Assembly: GCA_965219415.1 (NCBI GenBank)
Contig: CBDCNP010000002.1
Location: 1,088,001 to 1,152,000, forward strand
Direction: 5' to 3'
Length of the DNA: 64,000 nucleotides
Origin: Candidatus Marinacidobacterales bacterium
GTDB taxonomy: Bacteria; Acidobacteriota; Vicinamibacteria; Marinacidobacterales; DATDRI01
The notes beneath the pieces are model-generated. The model had not been told where the DNA came from. It saw only the letters and a program-made list of their open reading frames with translations, and ran no database searches. The translations under genes and the position numbers were made by a program. This document shows, piece after piece, positions 57,899-64,000 of the stretch (position 1 is the stretch's first letter; every line of letters begins with the position of its first letter).

Positions 57899-58819
57899 CT
57901 AAACTGATATTCCTGACGAGGATTCCCAACCAGCCGACAAGTCCCGAGCCATTAAGAGCTCTCGGTGTGTCTGAAGGATCTCTTCGGTATAGTCCCTATC
58001 TATCTCGTCGGCCTCGACGGCTCGAATGAAGTTCGCAATCAGGGCGGCGTACTCGACTGGCTCATCTTCAGGTGCCGGCTTCGGCAGATCGGAGTCAGGA
58101 AAGCTTCCTTCGTCGGCATCGATTTCCAAAACCAGATCGGAGTCGGAATCACCGCGTAGATCGGTGCCGGCAACAATCTCGACGCCGCTCGGAAGAGTCC
58201 CGGATAGCGCTACGTTGAGCGGGTAGTCTGCCGAAGCATCGGAGTGAGTCGCACTGGCCTGCAGGTTTTTCAAAGGCCTGCCATCGGCATCAGCCAGCCA
58301 GCGAGCAAGATCGAGTGTGTGCACGCCCAGGGTGAAGAAACTGCCGCCGGTGATGTCGAGTTGTCGGGTCCAATCCTTGTCGTCGGCGAGCTGATCTATA
58401 CCCAGCACGTAAATGCATTTTACGCGTCTCAAGTTCGAGATCCGCGACTTGATCGCCAACAGCTTCGGGTTCCATCTCAAACGATAGCCGAGGTGAACCG
58501 GCACCCTGAGGTCATCAAATGACCGCTCGAGGTTTAGAAGCTCGCTTCTGGAAATGCAAAGCGGCTTTTCGACGAGTACCGGCGTGTCGGCCTCAATCGC
58601 TTGCAGACAAAGCCGGGCGTGCAAGTGGTTGGGAACAGCAACTGTAATCGCGTCCACGTGAGGCAACATATCCTTCAGGTTCTGAAATACGGGCACGTCT
58701 AGATCCAAATGTTGTCGCCGGGAAACAACGCCACCCAGTTCGGCGCCGTTGGGAGCGAAATGAGCCGCATGGTCGCGAGCGATTTCCCCCCATCCCACAA
58801 TCCCGATTTTCATGCCCAT
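57899..58819 (-). CDS. Gfo/Idh/MocA-family oxidoreductase
   Basis: IGIVGWG, VPNHLH, VEKP, GGSFFTLGVH. Confidence 0.88.
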   Translation of the reverse strand: MGMKIGIVGWGEIARDHAAHFAPNGAELGGVVSRRQHLDLDVPVFQNLKDMLPHVDAITVAVPNHLHARLCLQAIEADTPVLVEKPLCISRSELLNLERSFDDLRVPVHLGYRLRWNPKLLAIKSRISNLRRVKCIYVLGIDQLADDKDWTRQLDITGGSFFTLGVHTLDLARWLADADGRPLKNLQASATHSDASADYPLNVALSGTLPSGVEIVAGTDLRGDSDSDLVLEIDADEGSFPDSDLPKPAPEDEPVEYAALIANFIRAVEADEIDRDYTEEILQTHRELLMARDLSAGWESSSGISV

Positions 58820-58856
58820 TTCAATGCTCCTCGACTCAACCGTGAGCGCATCCGGG

Positions 58857-59555
58857 TCAACCGGGAAACGCCACGACTTGCGCCGTCGCGCCACAAAAAC
58901 GGTCCACCACTTCCTTGGTGATCGCGAAATCCTTCTCGTGTCGCACCGCATCGTGCACGGTGGTCGATTCGACGATGAGCAGCGCCCGCTTCGTGTCGAC
59001 GGTAACCTTGCTGAAGTCGGCTTGCAACGAGTCGAGCCGGCAGATGACGCGGTTCTCGGCGTCCACGTATCCGAATTCGCGGGCATGGACTGTTTGGTCT
59101 CGTTGGCTCCCTAGCGGTCGAAAACTCTCGTTCCCCCGGAAAAGGCGTAACTCGACAGGAAGCGCAAGGCGGTCGAGGTCATGTGCCCCGAGGCTGTTCC
59201 GAGTGAGCAGAGAGACAAGGTTATAGGCATCGACCAGATTGTTTACCTCCGGAAGCCTGCGGCGCTTCCAGGCAGATTCGAGCAGTTTTTGCGTCGAGGG
59301 TGGATGGCTACGAGGTTTCACGCCAACTCTGCGCAAGATTTCGTGGTGTTTCCTGAGTTCCGCGATAGAGCGAATCTCCGCCGGGCTGGCGAATTGGCCA
59401 CGAATCCGTTGAACCTCGTCGTCGATCTGCGCACGAAGCTCTTGCGAGGCCGCTGTGATTTGTAGGCCTTCGAGCACGAAAGCGCCTGCCCGCAGGCCGA
59501 GATCCATGCATTCTTGTGACACGAGAAACGAGCTCATAGAAGCCGCATCTGGCAT
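58857..59555 (-). CDS. Stand-alone B3/B4 (PheT editing-like) domain protein
   Basis: HPPSTQKL, LPEVNNLVDAYNLVSL, GAHDLD, GNESF. Confidence 0.82.
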   Translation of the reverse strand: MPDAASMSSFLVSQECMDLGLRAGAFVLEGLQITAASQELRAQIDDEVQRIRGQFASPAEIRSIAELRKHHEILRRVGVKPRSHPPSTQKLLESAWKRRRLPEVNNLVDAYNLVSLLTRNSLGAHDLDRLALPVELRLFRGNESFRPLGSQRDQTVHAREFGYVDAENRVICRLDSLQADFSKVTVDTKRALLIVESTTVHDAVRHEKDFAITKEVVDRFCGATAQVVAFPG

Positions 59556-59583
59556 CTCTTCTTCCCGATACACTGACCGAAAA

Positions 59584-60783
59584 TCAGGCGGATACCGCGG
59601 CCGCCGCCTTCTCGCCGACCAGTCGATTTTCGCGAAAGCGGTTGTAATGGAAGACTCGGATATTCTTCGGCACCCGACCGCTGGCGATCATCTTGGCGCT
59701 GTTCAACCCACTGGCCGGCGCGGCCTTGAACCCGTATGTTCCCCAGCCGCAATTAATGTAGAGGTTTTGGATCTCGTCTACCGGCGAGATGATGGGGCTG
59801 TAATCGGGCGTCATGTCGCACAGACCTGCCCACTGCCGCTGAACTTTTACGTTGTGCAGAATTGGAAACAGCTCCAGGGTATGCGCGGCGTAACTCTCGA
59901 GGAATCCTAATGTCGCTCGCATTCCGTAATGCGGATAGCCGTCGATGCCGTTGCCACAGACCAACTCACCGCGGTCGGTCTGACTCATATAAATGTGCAG
60001 GTTCGAGCTCACCACCACGTGATGGAGCCAGGGCTTGTAGGATTCGGTAACCAGCGCCTGTAAGGGATGCGTGACCAGCGGGAGCTTCACCCCAATTTGG
60101 TTGCACAGGATCGAGCTCCAGCCCGCCAATGCGGTCAGGAGTTTTTCGCATGCGATGTTGCCGCGATTGGTTTCGACCCCCACTACCCTTCCGCCCTCAA
60201 CCTTCACGTTTCTTACTTCGGTCAAATTGTGGATATCGACTCCCATGCGATCCGCGGCGCGCGCATAGGCCCACACCACCGCATCGTGGCGGATGATTCC
60301 GCCGGGCGGGTGGTACAGCGCGCCGAGAATCGGGTAGCGCGGGTGATCGGAGACATCGATTTCGGGCAGCATCTTTTTTATTTCAGGCGGCGAAAGAATG
60401 TAGCTGTCCACATTCACCGCCTTGTTGATCTCGGCCCGCGTGGTCAAGGTGTTCATCGTCGCCGTCGAGTGGCCCAAGGTAAAGTGGCCCTGTTGGCTGA
60501 ACATCAAATTGAAGTCGAGCTCTTGGGACAAGTTTTCGTATAGTTTCAAGCTCTCGTCGTAAAAACGCACTCCCTCCGGCGTGCGGTAGTTCGAGCGCAA
60601 GATCGCGGTATTGCGGCCCGAACCGCCGTAGCCCACGAATTTGGCTTCCAGGACCGCTATATCCTTGACGCCCATCTTGGCCAGATAATAGGCGGTGGCC
60701 AAGCCATGTGCTCCGCCGCCAACGATGACCACGCTGTAGGATTTCTTGAGCTCGGGCGTGCGCCACATCTTCCCGCTAGCCAT
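59584..60783 (-). CDS. soxB: Sarcosine oxidase beta subunit-like FAD oxidoreductase
   Basis: GGGAHGLATAYYLA, GRNTAILRSNY, RHDAV, DMTPD, GWGTYGFKA. Confidence 0.85.
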   Translation of the reverse strand: MASGKMWRTPELKKSYSVVIVGGGAHGLATAYYLAKMGVKDIAVLEAKFVGYGGSGRNTAILRSNYRTPEGVRFYDESLKLYENLSQELDFNLMFSQQGHFTLGHSTATMNTLTTRAEINKAVNVDSYILSPPEIKKMLPEIDVSDHPRYPILGALYHPPGGIIRHDAVVWAYARAADRMGVDIHNLTEVRNVKVEGGRVVGVETNRGNIACEKLLTALAGWSSILCNQIGVKLPLVTHPLQALVTESYKPWLHHVVVSSNLHIYMSQTDRGELVCGNGIDGYPHYGMRATLGFLESYAAHTLELFPILHNVKVQRQWAGLCDMTPDYSPIISPVDEIQNLYINCGWGTYGFKAAPASGLNSAKMIASGRVPKNIRVFHYNRFRENRLVGEKAAAAVSA

Positions 60784-61447
60784 GGACGCCTCCCCAATGT
60801 ACCGGCACGCAATCCAGACCGGCCGCCACCAGGCCGACGCCTTTGCCGACATCCATCAAGGCATCGAAGAGACTTTGGGTGTAGTCCCTCCCCTCCAGAA
60901 AAAGGTATCCGTCCACCAACCTGAATACGGTACAGGGGATCAGGTGAACGGTGGTCTGCACGACCGCGCCGGGCGGCAGCACCGCCGGCTGAAGATTCAT
61001 TGCCGAGGAGCGCTCCATCACCTCTTCCTGTTGCGCGCCGCCCAGATACAGCGCACCGAGACCGCCGCTGAGATTGATGGTCGCCGTACCCTGCTCCCCC
61101 ATCTTGGCCATCCAATCCGGGGCGCGTCCCGGTTCACACAGAATTAGATACTCATCCGAGGTGAAGCGAAGGATCGCGCCACCGTCAAAAAGGACGCTCT
61201 TCAGCGGCGGGATCGAAGAGGCGGCGACGTCGATTTTCGAGACCTGTGCGACGGCGCCGGCTCCACGCACCGAAATCTTTCCGATATGAGACCAATCGAT
61301 CAGGACCGATCCTTCCTTTAGCGCCGCGCTTTCGCTTTCGGCCTCACCCAGGCTGAGCGCCACCTCCCATCCGGCCACCTCGGTCATCGGGGCATTGGCG
61401 GCGCGAAAGACCGGCGTCAATGGCGATCTCTTGGCCAGGCGACTCAT
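60776..61447 (-). CDS. Sarcosine oxidase gamma-like / aminomethyltransferase folate-binding domain protein
   Basis: RSPL, IDWSHIGKISVRG; translationally coupled between the alpha and beta genes. Confidence 0.7.
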   Translation of the reverse strand: MSRLAKRSPLTPVFRAANAPMTEVAGWEVALSLGEAESESAALKEGSVLIDWSHIGKISVRGAGAVAQVSKIDVAASSIPPLKSVLFDGGAILRFTSDEYLILCEPGRAPDWMAKMGEQGTATINLSGGLGALYLGGAQQEEVMERSSAMNLQPAVLPPGAVVQTTVHLIPCTVFRLVDGYLFLEGRDYTQSLFDALMDVGKGVGLVAAGLDCVPVHWGGVHG

Positions 61448-64000
61448 GAGCGCAACTTTCCTCCTTGGGGGTCGTAGGCCGCAAACCCATCCAGGATCTC
61501 CCCGATCACGTCTTGACCACTGGCCAGCCGGATACTCACTTTTGTACCAGGCTTGGCATACGGTGCCTTGACCCAACCCAATCCGATACCGTGACCCAAT
61601 ACCGGACTCATGCGCGAACTGGTCACGCGACCAATGATGTCTCCCCGATCGAGAATGACCACGCCGTCGTCGGGAACCGGCACACCGGGCGCCAGCTTGT
61701 AACTGATCAATTGCTCTTCGATCCCCCGTTCCTTGAAATGAGCGAGGAAGCTCTTGCCTATGAAATCGGGTTTGTCGTCTTTAACCGTAAAGCCAACCCC
61801 GGCCTGATAAGGAGTGGTCAGCGCGTCCGTATCCACCCCCGGCAGAATGTGCCCTTTCTCCAGACGCAGCACGCGCTGGGTCTCCACTCCAAAGGGCTTC
61901 ATGCCGAACGATCGCCCTTTCTCGAGCAGGAAGTCCCACATCGCTTCGCCATACTCGGCCGGATAATGAACCTCGTAACTGAGCTCGCCGGTAAAGCCGA
62001 TGCGAAACAGATAAACCGGCACCTCCTCGATGTGAGTCAATCCGCACGCCATGTAGGAGAAAGCCTCGTTGGACAGATCGATGTCCACCAGCGGTTGCAT
62101 CATCTCGCGCGCCTCAGGCCCGGTCACATTGACCGCTGCCAGAGAGGCGCCCAGATCTTTGACGTGAACATCGAATCCGTCGGTGGTAATCCACCAACGG
62201 AAGTTGTTGTGGATCGCCTCGGCGTTTCCGGTGGTGGTGGAGATGAAGTATCGGCCTTCGGCGACATGCGAGATCGTCCCGTCCTCGGTCAGGATGCCGT
62301 CCTCATCGACCATGGTGTGGTACCGAACTCTTCCCACTTTCAGCTTGGCGTACTTTCCGGGCATCATGAAGTGCAGAAACTTTTGAACATCAGGCCCTGA
62401 GACTTCGAGCTTGCCCAACGTGCCTACATCGATGATCGCCAGGCCCTCGCGAACCGCCACCGCCTCGTCCTCGGTGCTGGTATAAGTCTCCGGGCGTTTC
62501 CACAACCCGGCGAGCAGGAATTTGGCCCCTAGTTTCTCGTGACGATCATGCATCGCGGTACGGCGCACCGGAACGAGATGCGGCGCTCGACCGGCTAGAA
62601 CGCCAAAGGAGACCGGGACCAAGGGAGGGCGCATGGTGGTCGGAACGCCATCGGAATTCTTTTCGCTGCTATCGAGGACGGCGAGGCGAGCCGCGGCTTC
62701 ATAACAGGTCTTACCCTGGCAATGTCCCATCCCCATGCTGGTGAAACGCTTCAACGTCTCGATCTGATCGTAGCCTTCGGCTATCGAGGCCTGCGTTTCC
62801 TTGCGCGTCACGTCCATGCATTTGCAGATGAAATGTTTGTTTCCACCGCAATCGATGTCTGGTGGCAGAGCCTGGATGCACTCGTTCGGCTCCCGCTTGC
62901 TTTCGCGCACAGGCGCACGATGCGCTGCGGCTTTGCCGATGTCGGTGCCCTCCTGAATCAGCCTAGTGAAACCCGCATGCCCGTTGACTTCGCCGGCCGC
63001 ATAGAGACCATCCGGCGGATCGGAAACCCTGAATACGGCCCGTTCCTCGTCCCAGCGAGGGCGATTGCGCCCCATGGCCAGGAGTCCCAATTGAGGGGTC
63101 AAGCCCACCGCCAAAACGAGAAGATCACATGGGAGCGTTTGTGAAGCTTGTCCATCGAGGGGCGGTGCCGCGCCGAAGCCTTGGCGAAGGAGGGGCCCTA
63201 TGCGAACCGAGGAGACCCGCTTGGAACCAAGGGCGGCGTGCACGGTTTGACCGCGAAGGATCGTGACACCCAAAGCGTTCACTCTTTCCGCAAAGTAGCC
63301 TGATGGATTTTCGCGGGCATCAACGACCGCAGCGATCTCAACCCCCGCCCCCTTGAGAAGGTAGGCGCAGTGGTATCCACCGTCGTGGGTGGTCACGATA
63401 ACCGCTCGCCGGCCGGGCACGACGCCGTGCAGGCCAATCACCCTCTCAACACCCCGCCCGGTCATGATGCCGGCCAGGTCGTTGTTCTCGAAAACCAGAT
63501 GTCGGTCGTTGGCACCGCCAGCTACAACAACCGCGCTAGCCCGGATCTTGAACAGGTCGCTGCCGTTCTCGGCGGCCACCAGATTGTCTTCGTAGACGCC
63601 AAACGCAAGCGTGCCGGCGAGCACTTCGATCTTCCCTTCCTGCTCGACCTGATCAATCAGTTTTGTGACGGCCTTCTGCTCGGTTCGGCCGTTCAAGGAT
63701 TCATCGGCGCAGCCCTCTACAATCGAGACGTTGTAGCGGGCGTGTCCCCCCAGTTGCGGATCGCGTTCGATCAGTAAAACGTCTTTTCCTTCCCGTGCCC
63801 CGGCCAATGCGGCCGACAAACCCGCCGGTCCGGCACCGACCACACACAGATCGGGAAAACGGTAGCGCTTCTCGTACCGTCTGTTGACCTCGCGCCCATG
63901 GACATCAATTTTTCCAAGGCCCGCCGCTTTACGAATCATCGGCTCGAAGAAGGGCCAAGCCCACTTGGGTTTATGAAACATCTTGTAGTAAAAACCGTTG
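61444..64000 (-). CDS. soxA: Sarcosine oxidase alpha subunit-like protein; 5' end lies outside the window
   Basis: GFYYKMF, GAGPAG, CKCMDVT, GMGHCQGK, then a GcvT-like domain (FTGELSYE, LRLEKGH). Confidence 0.88.
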   Translation of the reverse strand, partial: NGFYYKMFHKPKWAWPFFEPMIRKAAGLGKIDVHGREVNRRYEKRYRFPDLCVVGAGPAGLSAALAGAREGKDVLLIERDPQLGGHARYNVSIVEGCADESLNGRTEQKAVTKLIDQVEQEGKIEVLAGTLAFGVYEDNLVAAENGSDLFKIRASAVVVAGGANDRHLVFENNDLAGIMTGRGVERVIGLHGVVPGRRAVIVTTHDGGYHCAYLLKGAGVEIAAVVDARENPSGYFAERVNALGVTILRGQTVHAALGSKRVSSVRIGPLLRQGFGAAPPLDGQASQTLPCDLLVLAVGLTPQLGLLAMGRNRPRWDEERAVFRVSDPPDGLYAAGEVNGHAGFTRLIQEGTDIGKAAAHRAPVRESKREPNECIQALPPDIDCGGNKHFICKCMDVTRKETQASIAEGYDQIETLKRFTSMGMGHCQGKTCYEAAARLAVLDSSEKNSDGVPTTMRPPLVPVSFGVLAGRAPHLVPVRRTAMHDRHEKLGAKFLLAGLWKRPETYTSTEDEAVAVREGLAIIDVGTLGKLEVSGPDVQKFLHFMMPGKYAKLKVGRVRYHTMVDEDGILTEDGTISHVAEGRYFISTTTGNAEAIHNNFRWWITTDGFDVHVKDLGASLAAVNVTGPEAREMMQPLVDIDLSNEAFSYMACGLTHIEEVPVYLFRIGFTGELSYEVHYPAEYGEAMWDFLLEKGRSFGMKPFGVETQRVLRLEKGHILPGVDTDALTTPYQAGVGFTVKDDKPDFIGKSFLAHFKERGIEEQLISYKLAPGVPVPDDGVVILDRGDIIGRVTSSRMSPVLGHGIGLGWVKAPYAKPGTKVSIRLASGQDVIGEILDGFAAYDPQGGKLRS

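Noticed and set aside
1-64000. CRISPR array, IS/transposase, integrase, prophage, rRNA or tRNA
   Set aside because: None seen; the repeats present are gene-fragment duplications, not spaced arrays or terminal inverted repeats.

Overview
A gene-dense, GC-rich bacterial chromosomal window. The gene content (Oar-type TonB receptor, CRTAC1/ASPIC-UnbV proteins, sulfatase-TPR fusions, DUF4388) is typical of Acidobacteriota or similar lineages; this is inference only. The window has four parts. (1) 0.5-11.7 kb and 19-22.8 kb hold a repeated exported module of CRTAC1/FG-GAP proteins, TPR lipoproteins and Thr-nucleophile 'sulfatase'-TPR fusions, with visible duplication and deletion scars. (2) 11.8-18.9 kb holds an M24-like enzyme, a DUF885-like protein, a TonB receptor and a GntR regulator with TTGTATACAA boxes. 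(3) 22.8-34.1 kb holds scattered xylose genes, a frameshifted diguanylate cyclase, a toxin-antitoxin remnant, and cimA under a complete Ile-codon leader-peptide attenuator with a leaderless promoter. (4) 34.3-64 kb is a large nitrogen-scavenging island: six more signal-peptide-bearing M24 (pita-bread) paralogs, two of which have lost the same two metal ligands, plus amidohydrolases, an agmatinase-family enzyme, DUF885, two EExxH zincin-like lipoproteins, an SSS transporter, a VPS10 propeller and sarcosine oxidase subunits. Five single-base frameshifts, four of them in homopolymer runs, suggest long-read errors. I saw no rRNA, tRNA, CRISPR array or transposase. All product calls come from motif recognition, without database searches.
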